DNA of 64,000 nt from Gammaproteobacteria bacterium. GTDB taxonomy: Bacteria > Pseudomonadota > Gammaproteobacteria > UBA4575. The notes below the pieces were generated by a model. It did no database searches. It was not told the origin of the DNA and was given only the letters and a program-made list of their open reading frames with translations. Positions 1-10,347 of the stretch are shown here, in pieces (position 1 is the first letter of the stretch; each line of letters starts with the position of its first letter). Made by a program: the position numbers and the translations under genes. The DNA is taken from NCBI GenBank assembly GCA_965222615.1, contig CBDCUI010000008.1, positions 672,001 to 736,000 of the forward strand. Reading direction: 5' to 3'.

Positions 1-924
1 TTTTGTAGATACCTGTGCCCAGTGGGGCGCACGATAGGTTTTTATTCACAATTGGCACCTACCGAATTACGCCCGATTGATCCGAATATTTGTGCTAATT
101 GTTCTAGTCTGGCGTGCTACCACGGTGACCAACACACAGAACCCTGTCCAACCCATTTAGTGATGGGATCATTGCGACAAAATACCTACTGTTTATCTTG
201 CGGCAACTGTACGCAAAGTTGCCCACATGAAAACATTGCATGGCGTTTACGTTCGCCCAGTGTCGAAGCTATTCAGGACGCGCGTCCGCACTGGGATGAG
301 GCCTGGTTTATGCTGGCATTACTTGCACTGACGATATTTCACGGCCTAACCATGCTGCCATTTTGGCAAGGATGGATCAGTATGCTCGCACGTGTAATCG
401 GAGATTCAAATCAATTGCTATGGAGTTTTTCGATTGCCATGGCGGTCAGTATTGTTGTACCCATTGTTTTTTATACGCTAAGTATTGTCGTTACACGTAT
501 TTCGATGGGCCAATCATTAACATTTAAACGTATGTTCTCAACCATGGCATTTGTATCATTACCCCTCGCGTTTGCCTATCACCTAGCACATAACTTGACG
601 CACTTATTACGAGAAGGCGATGGTCTCCTGGCGGTATTTGCCAATCCCTTAGGCTTAGGCACCTTGCCGCTGAGTATGGCCGAAAAACATGCACGACATA
701 TGAGTTTATTAATCCCTGAAGATGCATTGTTTGCAATGCAAGCGATGTTGCTGGCTTTTGGTTTTTGGATTGCAGTTAAGGTCATTATTTATCGTGGTTC
801 TAAATTTCTATCTACTCACAATGTAATGGCGATGTGGCAATTAACACCGATTTTCTTATTTGCCATACTCATAACAGGATTCAATTTGTGGCTGTTAATG
901 CAACCAATGGCAATGCGTATGTAA
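1..924 (+). CDS. 4Fe-4S-binding polyferredoxin membrane protein (NapH/MauN/CcoG-like), 5'-truncated by the window
   Basis: Frame is open from base 1 (FCRYLCPVG motif); CxxCxxCxxxCP cluster; several TM helices. Confidence 0.75.
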   Translation, partial: FCRYLCPVGRTIGFYSQLAPTELRPIDPNICANCSSLACYHGDQHTEPCPTHLVMGSLRQNTYCLSCGNCTQSCPHENIAWRLRSPSVEAIQDARPHWDEAWFMLALLALTIFHGLTMLPFWQGWISMLARVIGDSNQLLWSFSIAMAVSIVVPIVFYTLSIVVTRISMGQSLTFKRMFSTMAFVSLPLAFAYHLAHNLTHLLREGDGLLAVFANPLGLGTLPLSMAEKHARHMSLLIPEDALFAMQAMLLAFGFWIAVKVIIYRGSKFLSTHNVMAMWQLTPIFLFAILITGFNLWLLMQPMAMRM

Positions 925-934
925 GGTTTTCGTA

Positions 935-1537
935 ATGACAGACATAGATCGTAGAAATTTCTTCAAAGCCGGTACACTCAAGCTTGCAGAAGTTGTGATC
1001 AACCGAGCTGATGAACATGCTCGACAACGTGCACAACATTGGGTTCGTCCACCCTATGCGTTAGATGAGCTCGATTTCCTGACTACTTGTACACGATGTG
1101 GTGAATGCATCAATGCCTGTCCACATCAAGTGATTTTTCCTCTGCCGCCCCGGTTAGGTGCAAGTGTCACTAGTACACCGGCCCTGGACCTTATTAATAG
1201 GGGTTGCCATCTATGTGCAGATTGGCCTTGTGTTACTGCTTGTAAACCAGGTGCATTAAAACTTACAGAATCAAAGCCTGATCTTGCGGTGCCCATTCCA
1301 CCGATTGCGCTTGCCAGTATTAACCAAGAAACCTGTTTGCCATATAGTGGACCAGAATGTGGTGCTTGTGCTTCTAGTTGTCCAATACCTGGCGCACTTA
1401 TTTGGCACTCCCAAAAACCGCTAATAGATCCAGAACTTTGTGTAGGCTGTGGCCTTTGCCGAGAGGCATGTATTGTTGATCCCAAGGCAGTTGAAATTAG
1501 TTCTTTACATAAAGAAGCAAAGCATAGTAATAGCTAA
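935..1537 (+). CDS. NapF/MauM-like 4Fe-4S dicluster ferredoxin
   Basis: DRRNFF N-terminus, VRPPYA..F...CTRCGECINACP and further Cys clusters. Confidence 0.8.
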   Translation: MTDIDRRNFFKAGTLKLAEVVINRADEHARQRAQHWVRPPYALDELDFLTTCTRCGECINACPHQVIFPLPPRLGASVTSTPALDLINRGCHLCADWPCVTACKPGALKLTESKPDLAVPIPPIALASINQETCLPYSGPECGACASSCPIPGALIWHSQKPLIDPELCVGCGLCREACIVDPKAVEISSLHKEAKHSNS

Positions 1538-1630
1538 AAGCTGTAATTGTATTCGGTTTTCGACAAATGCAATGCCAAGGAATGGAAATGAGGCTCAGAG
1601 CCTAACAATTAACAATATTTTAGGCTTGAT

Positions 1631-1659
1631 AAAACCCTGTCGCAAATGACAGGGTTTTT
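1631..1659. terminator. Bidirectional intrinsic terminator
   Basis: aaaaccctgtc-gcaaat-gacagggttttt between convergent genes. Confidence 0.8.
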
Positions 1660-1685
1660 GGTTTTTTTTAAAGATAAAATGTAAT

Positions 1686-2162
1686 CTAATTTACAAGTGT
1701 GTCTGTGATGATATGTGGGTTAACGATATCTTTACGCACTGACCACAAAATAGCTAACACTTCATTGCGTTCTTGTTGACCGACTTTGTGTTTTTCACAT
1801 GCGGCGAGTACATCGTCGACTACGGCATTAAATTCCATTTCGTTAATGTTCATTCCCATGTGAGCGGTTTTCATATCTTTACCAGTGTATTCAACATTTG
1901 ATGCACCGGTTGCAGCTGCAAATATTTCAAACACTCTCGCCTTGACATATTCTGGGTCACTTGTAGCAAAACGATCTTTGACGATCGGATTTTTGCTGTG
2001 GTTGTTCCATATATCTTCTACAATTGCTTTAACTTTTTGTTTGCCACCAATTCTTTCATACAGGGTTTGTTCGGCAGAAACAGACTGTTCAGGCGTTTCG
2101 GGTGAACAAGCAAATAGTAATAGAGTTGTCACAATTATTGATAAGCCTAGTTTAATGTCCAT
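1686..2162 (-). CDS. Group 1 truncated haemoglobin with lipoprotein signal peptide
   Basis: TLYERIGG, YTGKDMKTAH (proximal His), EFNAVV motifs; N-terminal LLFAC lipobox. Confidence 0.8.
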   Translation of the reverse strand: MDIKLGLSIIVTTLLLFACSPETPEQSVSAEQTLYERIGGKQKVKAIVEDIWNNHSKNPIVKDRFATSDPEYVKARVFEIFAAATGASNVEYTGKDMKTAHMGMNINEMEFNAVVDDVLAACEKHKVGQQERNEVLAILWSVRKDIVNPHIITDTLVN

Positions 2163-2307
2163 TATTTCCCTCCATTAAGTAAGCGATAAATTTTATTATT
2201 TTCTTATGACATATAATACTTATATTGAGATACACATGCCACATGCTTATTTCAACCGAACTACAAAATTTTCAACGAGTTATTACCATACGCTATAAAT
2301 TATCAAG

Positions 2308-4200
2308 ATGAGTCTGGTACGTTTTGATGAAGTATCCCTGGAGTTTGGGGATACTCCATTGTTAATTAATGCAAACTTTTCAATTGAAGCAAAAGAACGA
2401 GTTTGCTTAATTGGGCGGAATGGTGCTGGCAAGTCTTCCACGCTTAAGATGATTATGCGTGAACTACAACCAGATCACGGTGAAATTCAATGGAAAAGTA
2501 ATCTTCGTATTAGTCAATTAGGACAAAATCTTTTAAATAGTTCAGGAAAACTAGTAAAACACGAGGTTTTAGAAGGGCTTGAGGAACAACAAAGATTAAT
2601 TAACCGATTTGATAAGTTATCAAAACAAAATTTAGATGCAAACGGATTGCGAGAACTAGAAGAATTGCAGCACTCAATAGATGCCAGTGGAGGATGGCAG
2701 TTGGGCCAACGCGTTGAAACGCTTATGACTCAATTGCAACTTCCCGCAGAGCAAAAATTAAATGAACTATCAGGAGGTTGGCGTAGGCGAGTTGCATTAG
2801 GCAAGGCGCTAGTATCACAACCAGACCTATTGTTGTTAGATGAACCTACCAATCATTTGGATATCAGCACGATAGAATGGTTAGAACACCAAGTTAGAGG
2901 TTATCAAGGCAGCGTTATATTTATTACTCACGACCGCACTTTTCTACAAAAGTTGGCTACACGTATTGTTGAAATCGATCGTGGTCAGTTAATTAGTTGG
3001 CCTGGTAGCTATACAAACTATCTAAAATTAAAAGAAAAGGCATTAGAAGAAGAGCAAACTAGCAATAAATTATTTGATAAAAAACTTGCGCAAGAGGAAG
3101 CCTGGATTCGACAAGGTATCAAAGCAAGAAGAACACGTAATGAAGGGCGAGTACGCGCACTGAAGGCCATGCGAGAAGAGCGAGCTAAAAGAGTAAAACG
3201 TGAAGGCAAGGCAAGAATGCATATTGAGGCAGCCGAAAAATCTGGACGTAAAGTAATAACAGTTCGTAATGTAACGCATGGATTCAAAGGTAAGATTCTT
3301 ATCAAAGAGTTTTCTTTAAAGGTGATGCGTGGAGATCGCATTGGTTTAATTGGTAACAATGGTGTTGGTAAAAGTACTTTGTTGCGTATTTTACTTGGCG
3401 ATATTAAACCCGATATTGGCACCGTAAAACTAGGCGCAAATTTGGAAGTTGGTTATTTTGACCAGCTACGTCAGGATTTAGAATTAGATAAAACCATTGC
3501 CGAAAATATCGGTGAAGGTAAAGACTATATCAATTTAAACGGCAAGCCACGTCATGTTATTGGTTATTTAAAGAACTTCTTGTTTAGCCCTAAACGCGCG
3601 ATGACACCAGTAAAAGCGTTATCTGGTGGTGAGCGTAATCGGGTAATTTTGGCAAAACTTTTTACCAAACCTGCCAATTTGTTGGTATTAGATGAACCGA
3701 CGAACGATTTGGATGTTGAGATGCTAGAAGTGCTAGAACAGAGACTAGTTGAGTATCAAGGCACATTGATATTAGTCAGCCATGATCGAAATTTTTTAGA
3801 CAATGTTGTAACCAGCATATTGGTATTTGAAGAGGACGGCACATTACAAGAGTATATAGGAGGCTATCGGGATTGGGTTCGTCGCGGTAGACACTTGCTT
3901 GAAGTAGATACACCAGGCAAGAGATCAGAATCACAAACGCGAATTCAAGGTGTAGGCTCTTCTAATAGCAACAAACCTAAAAAACTTAGTTATAAGTTAC
4001 AACGAGAATTAGAGGAATTGCCAGCAGTTATTGAAAATTTAGAAAAATCTATTCAGGATTTGGCTAATAAAGTAGAAAATCCGGGTTTTTATCAACAATC
4101 CTATGACAAGACTAAGCAGGTGCTTGAAGAGTTTTCTGTTACCCAAAATGAATTAGAGCAAGCAATGGAACGTTGGGCGGAGTTGGAAAGTATGCGGTAG
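2308..4200 (+). CDS. uup: ABC-F family ATPase Uup
   Basis: Two ABC cassettes (GRNGAGKS, GNNGVGKS, LSGG, LDEPTN), GIKARRTRNEGR linker, C-terminal KKLSYK coiled coil. Confidence 0.92.
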   Translation: MSLVRFDEVSLEFGDTPLLINANFSIEAKERVCLIGRNGAGKSSTLKMIMRELQPDHGEIQWKSNLRISQLGQNLLNSSGKLVKHEVLEGLEEQQRLINRFDKLSKQNLDANGLRELEELQHSIDASGGWQLGQRVETLMTQLQLPAEQKLNELSGGWRRRVALGKALVSQPDLLLLDEPTNHLDISTIEWLEHQVRGYQGSVIFITHDRTFLQKLATRIVEIDRGQLISWPGSYTNYLKLKEKALEEEQTSNKLFDKKLAQEEAWIRQGIKARRTRNEGRVRALKAMREERAKRVKREGKARMHIEAAEKSGRKVITVRNVTHGFKGKILIKEFSLKVMRGDRIGLIGNNGVGKSTLLRILLGDIKPDIGTVKLGANLEVGYFDQLRQDLELDKTIAENIGEGKDYINLNGKPRHVIGYLKNFLFSPKRAMTPVKALSGGERNRVILAKLFTKPANLLVLDEPTNDLDVEMLEVLEQRLVEYQGTLILVSHDRNFLDNVVTSILVFEEDGTLQEYIGGYRDWVRRGRHLLEVDTPGKRSESQTRIQGVGSSNSNKPKKLSYKLQRELEELPAVIENLEKSIQDLANKVENPGFYQQSYDKTKQVLEEFSVTQNELEQAMERWAELESMR

Positions 4201-4215
4201 AAAATTTTGATTATC

Positions 4216-5235
4216 TGTGTGATTCACAGACATGGTTTCAAATTTCTGACTTGTAAATCTAGCTGGTAGTTAGCTTCTTGTATACGTTCTTTTTCAGGAT
4301 GATAGTCTTTTAGGACTTCTTCTCTAAGAGGGGTTTTATCCAGTAAGTGGCAAACTTTCTCCATAGGGGTTTTGCCTTTTAAGGAGCCATGTGTACGTTG
4401 CCAATTATAGTAGTGTTGCCATTCTGGAAGAGTGAGTTGCAACTCATCAAGATCAAGTTTTGCGGTTGCGTAAAATTCTTCTTTATCAGTTCGTTGAGAG
4501 CGTTCAACTTTACCGTTAAGATGAGGGGAGCCAGGTTTATTGGGCCTGAATTTAATGCCGTGTTCCATCATTTTTTCTTGAACCTTTACAGCAAAAAACT
4601 CACGCCCTCGATCTGTTTGTATACGTTGAATAGGAAAAGGCATCTCTTCAATCACTTGTTCTAGAAATTGCAATGTATTGGCTGCTGTACGTCTTGAGAA
4701 GGCTGCTAAAACCCTGTATCTAGAGCAATCATCAATCGCCGTGTATTGGTAAATACCATGTGTAATTTTACTGGTATCCATCTGTATGCGATCACCAGGT
4801 ATCGGCCTTTGATATCGAATATAGCCCGCTTTCTTTCGATTACGCTTAAGTGGCTTAACGTGATGCTTAGTCAGTATTTTGTGAATCGTTGCTAGTGATA
4901 AAGAGTAGTCATGCTCACGTAAAAGTTCGTTTTGAATACGTCTTGCACCGAGTTTACGCTGCTTTCTAAGGCTCAGTATCCAAGCTTCTTCTTGTTGACC
5001 AACTTTTGTATTAGGTGAGTGATGAGGCCGTCTACTGCAATCTCGTAAACCATTTAAGCCATCTTTCTCATAACGCTTCAACCATTTGCGTAAAGTGGGT
5101 CTTGAAATACCACAACGACGACAAACTAACCCTGCATTTTGGGTTTCCATATACAGGTCAACCCATACCAATCTTTGTTTTACTTGCTTGTTCATAGGCA
5201 TCCATTTTAGTGAAAGGATGTCTGTGAATCACACA
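4216..5235 (-). mobile_element. IS481-family insertion sequence (1020 bp)
   Basis: Terminal inverted repeats tgtgtgattcacagacatggtttca (4216-4240) and tgaaaggatgtctgtgaatcacaca (5211-5235), 23/25 match, TGT...ACA ends. Confidence 0.92.
4224..5201 (-). CDS. IS481-family DDE transposase
   Basis: HTH (GISRPTLRKW), rve core IQMD...AIDDCSR...IQTDRGREF...NGKVER; stop codon lies inside the terminal IR. Confidence 0.93.
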   Translation of the reverse strand: MPMNKQVKQRLVWVDLYMETQNAGLVCRRCGISRPTLRKWLKRYEKDGLNGLRDCSRRPHHSPNTKVGQQEEAWILSLRKQRKLGARRIQNELLREHDYSLSLATIHKILTKHHVKPLKRNRKKAGYIRYQRPIPGDRIQMDTSKITHGIYQYTAIDDCSRYRVLAAFSRRTAANTLQFLEQVIEEMPFPIQRIQTDRGREFFAVKVQEKMMEHGIKFRPNKPGSPHLNGKVERSQRTDKEEFYATAKLDLDELQLTLPEWQHYYNWQRTHGSLKGKTPMEKVCHLLDKTPLREEVLKDYHPEKERIQEANYQLDLQVRNLKPCL

Positions 5236-5338
5236 ATTTATCCTACTTGCTTTATTATTTGGACCATTAAAAAGATTTTTAAAAATGCTTATGTATAGTG
5301 GCATACATTATGCTTTTTTAAGATCTCATTGCTTAGTC

Positions 5339-6436
5339 TCAGAATAAATTAGAACCTTCTAAATACTCCTTACATTCGTTGTAATTCCCTCGAAAACAAA
5401 TAAATTCTCTGCGTTTTTTAAGTTGATCTTCATACATCGGGTCATAATAATTTTCAAGTATTGCAGCTAACCAATCATAGTGTTTGGTTATATCACCAGA
5501 TTTTTTTTGGATTGAAAGCGCATCCTGCATAATTTCACGGATTTTTCCATATCGTGCTGGGCCCAATCTTTTTTGAATTCTTTCTAAGCTATCAAGTAGG
5601 TAATTCGAGAAAGATATAAAACCGGTGTTTTCGTCTTCTGTCTCTATAAACTCTAAATGCATGCCAATTACATATTCTTGTATAAGACGTTCCATTCTTG
5701 CTGTATGTGGTTCTTCAATGACAACAATCGAAGACTGTCTCATTTTTTCAAACAAAGTTTTTGGTATACCAACTTTGCCAATCGTACGTGCTTCATCTTC
5801 TAAGACGATATTTTTAATTCCTTTGTGTCTTAACTTTAAAAAGTCTATAGCTAAAATATTTTCAAAATTAATTTGATTGTTTTGCTTTTTTACATGTCGG
5901 CCAAAGCTTGAGCCACGATGGTAAGCTGCAGCTTCTAAATCGATCCCCTGTTCTAAACTTTTAACTAAAATAGTTTTGCCGCAGCCGGTTTGCCCGCCAA
6001 CTAAAACATAGGAACATCGTTCCGCCGCATTTTCTAATTCATTAATCAAGAATGTGCGTAATGCTTTATACCCTCCTTGCACAATAGGGAAATTCGTACC
6101 AGCTTCCTGCATCCATTGCTGTGCAATTCGAGAGCGTAAGCCACCACGAAAACAATACAATGATCCATTTGGGTTTTGCTTGGCAAATTTAATCCATGCA
6201 GCAATACGTGCTTGGCGAATTTTCCCTTGGATAAGCTCATAGCCTTTTTCAATGGCTTGCTCTTGTCCATGGTGTTTGTAGCATATACCAATGACTTCGC
6301 GTTGATGATCATCCATGATTGGCAAGTTTCTAGCTGCTGGAAATGCGCCTCGTTGATATTCAACAGGTGCGCGCACGTCCATTAATGGTGAATTATTTAT
6401 AAATAATTTTGTATAAACTTCAGTGTTGTGCTGCAT
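5339..6436 (-). CDS. mnmH: tRNA 2-selenouridine(34) synthase MnmH/SelU
   Basis: Rhodanese domain DVRAPVEY..YCFRGGLRS, P-loop GQTGCGKT, HRGSSFG. Confidence 0.93.
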   Translation of the reverse strand: MQHNTEVYTKLFINNSPLMDVRAPVEYQRGAFPAARNLPIMDDHQREVIGICYKHHGQEQAIEKGYELIQGKIRQARIAAWIKFAKQNPNGSLYCFRGGLRSRIAQQWMQEAGTNFPIVQGGYKALRTFLINELENAAERCSYVLVGGQTGCGKTILVKSLEQGIDLEAAAYHRGSSFGRHVKKQNNQINFENILAIDFLKLRHKGIKNIVLEDEARTIGKVGIPKTLFEKMRQSSIVVIEEPHTARMERLIQEYVIGMHLEFIETEDENTGFISFSNYLLDSLERIQKRLGPARYGKIREIMQDALSIQKKSGDITKHYDWLAAILENYYDPMYEDQLKKRREFICFRGNYNECKEYLEGSNLF

Positions 6437-6439
6437 CGA

Positions 6440-7117
6440 TTACTCACTGGAAAAGTAAATATCACCATAACTGGCACTTGCACTGCCTTTTGAATTGTCG
6501 GCATCGGTCATGATGGCAACTCCGCTTATATATTTTGGCAACTTATTAAAATGTTGCAATAGGTCTTTCTTAACATCCACTTTTTCATGTTGCCAGGTAT
6601 GTGTTTGATCTTGACTGGATCGTAATGGGATCATAATCGCTTTTTCCGTAAAGGCGTTAGGCCAAGTTGTGTTAGAAGACGTATTGCTTGACCAGACATA
6701 GTTCAAGGCTCTTGCACTTAACGGGCTAAACCCAGTTTTAAATACTACATATACTCTTGCTGCGTAATCGTCACCACTCTTCTCCTTTTCATTGAGCTGT
6801 GGTAAGGCTTGGTCTATACGCCAACTCCAATTTAAGTAAGGAGTTTCATGTATATCCACTTTCACCTTTTTATATAAGGCCGATGCAGATTGCGTGCTTT
6901 TTGCTTGCAAAAAGTAATTTTGATCTTCGTTTACAATAGAGTACTTAGTTTTTCCTTGAAATGATTTATTCTTCCAACCATCAAGATCCATCTTGGAGAA
7001 GTGTGCAATTCGTACCATGCTTGGTGTAAATGAATTTGCAAAGCTTTTAGCAACCGCGAGTAAGAAAGTACTTATAACAAAAGTTAAAATAAGTTTGTTG
7101 ATTTTTGACATTGACAA
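6440..7117 (-). CDS. DUF3047 family exported protein
   Basis: Signal peptide; WSWRI, GDDYAARVYV, ALNYVW, AIMTDADN motifs. Confidence 0.8.
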   Translation of the reverse strand: MSMSKINKLILTFVISTFLLAVAKSFANSFTPSMVRIAHFSKMDLDGWKNKSFQGKTKYSIVNEDQNYFLQAKSTQSASALYKKVKVDIHETPYLNWSWRIDQALPQLNEKEKSGDDYAARVYVVFKTGFSPLSARALNYVWSSNTSSNTTWPNAFTEKAIMIPLRSSQDQTHTWQHEKVDVKKDLLQHFNKLPKYISGVAIMTDADNSKGSASASYGDIYFSSE

Positions 7118-7158
7118 ACTATTTCACTGTGGGATTCCGTTTTTAATAACAATACCCA

Positions 7159-7754
7159 ATACTAAATAACAAATACTATACTCAAGACCAGCATGGGCTA
7201 TATGAGTTCTATGAATTGGGTGATTTTCCACTTCAATCTGGTGCTGTCTTAAAAAAATGCCCAGCTGGCCTATGTTATGCATGGAGAACTCAATGCAGTA
7301 AAAGATTATGCCATTTTATTCACAATCATGTTTTCTGGTACTTCCATGAACATGGAGTCCTATATTGGCAAGGGAAGGGCGCTAGATCCTGACAAATATT
7401 ACATCATTCTTCCAAACCAATTGGGAGGCGGTTTATCGACATCACCACATAATGTAGATGGATCCAAATGCCTTGCTAGTGCAAACGAAGAAATAGAAAG
7501 CTGGTGATGTTAGTATTCATACCAATGGGGATTTGGCTGCGACCCTTAAGCGAATCACGGCAAAGACGCGTGTAATTGCCTTCGAAGAAGACATGTTTGT
7601 ACCCGTTTGGGATTGTGAGTTTGAGCAGAAAATGACTAGTGATAGTCAACTCATTACTATGCCATCTCTAATGGGGCATTTCGCTATGCTTGGTTTATTT
7701 GAGAAAGATTTCCAATCAATTGATAAAAGTTTAAGCTTGCTACTAGGGTCTTAA
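7159..7754 (+). pseudogene. Degraded homoserine O-acetyltransferase-like alpha/beta hydrolase
   Basis: LGDFPLQSG..L-NAQLAY..HGELN; +1 frameshift in A7 run (7251-7257); internal deletion removing the GxSxG region; TAG at 7494-7496; C-terminal D...GH motif retained. Confidence 0.75.
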
Positions 7755-7873
7755 ATCTAGCCATAGAAATAATTATGGGTTAAGCCAAGATGGTTGGGTC
7801 AGTTTCCGTTAATGAACCTGTATAATCCATAAAAATCTGGGTATCCGGTTTTGAGGGATATTAAAAAGTTATT

Positions 7874-8359
7874 ATGAGTGCACATTTTAAATGGTTCGGT
7901 AAGCGCGAATCGGTGGAAGAAGTAGAAGAAGGCAAGCTTTTAGCTCCTAAATTTGATGACGATGGTTTAATTCCAGCAGTTACCACAGATGCTGCGTCAG
8001 GTGAATTACTTATGCTAGGTTATATGAATGCCGAAGCCTTGGAGAAGACGATTGAAACCGGTGAAGCACACTATTGGAGTCGCAGCCGTCAATGTTTATG
8101 GCATAAAGGAGCAACCAGCGGCCTCATACAGAAAGTGGTTGAGTTACGGATCGATGATGATCAGGATGCAGTGTGGCTGCGAGTAGATGTGCAAGGTGAT
8201 GCTAGCTGTCATGTTGGCTATCGATCATGTTTTTACCGCGCGATTAAAACAGGAGATAAACCCAACGATGCTCCGATTGAGATGGAGTTTAAAGAGTATG
8301 ATAAAGTTTTTGATCCTAAAGAAATCTATGGTGATGCTCCCAATCCTACTAAATTATAA
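7874..8359 (+). CDS. hisI: Phosphoribosyl-AMP cyclohydrolase
   Basis: [37 protein letters not shown]. Confidence 0.92.
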   Translation: MSAHFKWFGKRESVEEVEEGKLLAPKFDDDGLIPAVTTDAASGELLMLGYMNAEALEKTIETGEAHYWSRSRQCLWHKGATSGLIQKVVELRIDDDQDAVWLRVDVQGDASCHVGYRSCFYRAIKTGDKPNDAPIEMEFKEYDKVFDPKEIYGDAPNPTKL

Positions 8360-8385
8360 ACTTATAACAAATTAATCTGTGATTG

Positions 8386-9459
8386 ATGGATAAAGTTCAA
8401 GCTCTATACGAATCTTGGGTCGCGTTTTTTGGCCCAAATCCTTATTTAAAGGCGCTTGGCATATTATTGATTTTTACGATCGCAGCGTTAATTTTTAATT
8501 TTATAGTTATTCGATTTCTGAAACGACTCACAGCAAAAACTTCATTTAAAAGTGATGATCATATTTTGCATCTTTTGCAGAAACCGTTGTTTGTCAGCCT
8601 AGTTGTTTTTGGTTTGGCACAGGCTACAAGGGTGCTGGAATTACCTGAGCATGTATTATTAATCACGATATCAGTGCTAAAGACCATAACTGTGTTTGTT
8701 TGGACATCGTTCGCAATAAAGTTTGCTAAATTTGTACTTAACCAATTAAGTGCTGATAAAGAAAAGATGCAGTTGATACAAAGAAGTACGTTGCCATTAT
8801 TTAATAATTTGGCGGTTATCATAATTGTTGCAGCTGCAATTTATTTTTTGTTTTTAGCCTGGAATATAGATGTTTCTGCTTGGCTTGCTTCGGCTGGCAT
8901 TATAGGGCTTGCATTGAGTTTTGCCGCAAAAGATACGTTGGCGAATTTGTTTGCAGGAGTGTTTATCATGGCAGATACTCCGTACAAAATAGGTGATTAT
9001 ATTGTGTTAGATTCTGGTGAGCGTGGTCGGGTGACACATATTGGAATACGCAGCACTCGGCTATTAACCAGAGATGATGTTGAGATTACTGTTCCCAATT
9101 CTGTTATGGGTAATGCCAAGATCACTAACGAAGCAGGTGGCCCTAATACAAAACACAGAATTCGAGTCAAAGTAGGTGTGGCCTACGGAAGTGATATTGA
9201 TCAAGTTCGTGAAATACTAGAACGAATTGCAGCGGATAATCAGCAAGTGTGTGAAACTCCGGAGCCTAGAGTGCGGTTTCGTAATTTCGGAAATTCAAGT
9301 TTAGATTTTGAATTGCTTTGTTGGGTAGATATGCCTGTACTACGCGGACAAGTATTAGATAAGTTATATACGGAAGTTTACAAAGAGTTCACGAAATTAG
9401 GCATTGAGATCCCATATTCAAAACATGATGTCTATGTCAAGAGTATGCCTTCTGGATGA
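8386..9459 (+). CDS. MscS-family mechanosensitive channel
   Basis: AGIIGLALSFAAKDTLANLFAG, GRVTHIGIRST, IEIPY. Confidence 0.9.
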   Translation: MDKVQALYESWVAFFGPNPYLKALGILLIFTIAALIFNFIVIRFLKRLTAKTSFKSDDHILHLLQKPLFVSLVVFGLAQATRVLELPEHVLLITISVLKTITVFVWTSFAIKFAKFVLNQLSADKEKMQLIQRSTLPLFNNLAVIIIVAAAIYFLFLAWNIDVSAWLASAGIIGLALSFAAKDTLANLFAGVFIMADTPYKIGDYIVLDSGERGRVTHIGIRSTRLLTRDDVEITVPNSVMGNAKITNEAGGPNTKHRIRVKVGVAYGSDIDQVREILERIAADNQQVCETPEPRVRFRNFGNSSLDFELLCWVDMPVLRGQVLDKLYTEVYKEFTKLGIEIPYSKHDVYVKSMPSG

Positions 9460-9559
9460 AGGCTAACTGTAGTATTGTTTTCAACTATTAGTACTATAGT
9501 CCTACATTATAGAATTACTTATATTTTAATCTTGAGTATAAAATAATTAATAAACAAGT

Positions 9560-9742
9560 ATGTCGATAAAAACCAAGTCAGCTACTGTTGTACAAATTGA
9601 TGCAAATGATAAAGAAGTGGCATGCGATGGAGGTGGTGGAGCTTTAGGCCATCCACTTGTGTATCTACCTGTTGAAAGTAAATCACATGTAGTATGTTAT
9701 TACTGTGGCCGTCGTTTTGAAAAAAAGCAGATTAAATCTTGA
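9560..9742 (+). CDS. zf-CHCC zinc-finger protein
   Basis: CDGGGGALGHPLVY...CYYCG. Confidence 0.85.
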   Translation: MSIKTKSATVVQIDANDKEVACDGGGGALGHPLVYLPVESKSHVVCYYCGRRFEKKQIKS

Positions 9743-9933
9743 TAATAATTAACTAGTTAGAGCTGTAAAAATTTGTTTGTGATAACGTTGGTTATTTACA
9801 GAATGATTGGCCATATAAGTTAGATTTTTAGCCTTTCCGATTTCAATGTGTTCCTGTAAATTTACCGGCTCATTCAAATCTTTCATTAGATGGAACTATC
9901 TTCAATTAAAAACCTAACTTTAGAGGGGTTTAT

Positions 9934-10326
9934 ATGTCGTCGGAAAAAATCAGTGTAATGGTTACATCGGGTAATCGAGAACAATTGCAAATGGCTGCCA
10001 TGGTGGCATCGGTTGGGGCTGTGAGTGGCAATGATGTAACAGTTTTCTTATCCATGAATGCCTTAAAGTTTTTCGTAAAAGATGAGGATGAGAAGCCGCC
10101 GGCAGAAGGTGAAATGGGCAAACTATTAGAAGAAAAAAATGCCCCAGAATTTAAAGAACTATTTTCACAAGCTGTAGAGTACGGAGACGCAAAAATTTTC
10201 CCCTGCTCTTTGGCAGTAGATATACTTGGTGTAAGTCAAGATGATTTAGAAGGATACATTTCAGATCCTATAGGTCTAACAACATTCTTAAGTGATGCAG
10301 CAGATGGCCAAGTTTGGCATTTTTAA
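9934..10326 (+). CDS. DsrE/DsrF-like sulfur-carrier protein
   Basis: VFLSMNAL, KIFPCSLA conserved Cys, GLTTFL. Confidence 0.8.
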   Translation: MSSEKISVMVTSGNREQLQMAAMVASVGAVSGNDVTVFLSMNALKFFVKDEDEKPPAEGEMGKLLEEKNAPEFKELFSQAVEYGDAKIFPCSLAVDILGVSQDDLEGYISDPIGLTTFLSDAADGQVWHF

Positions 10327-10347
10327 GTCTTAGTCAAGGAGAAAGAC

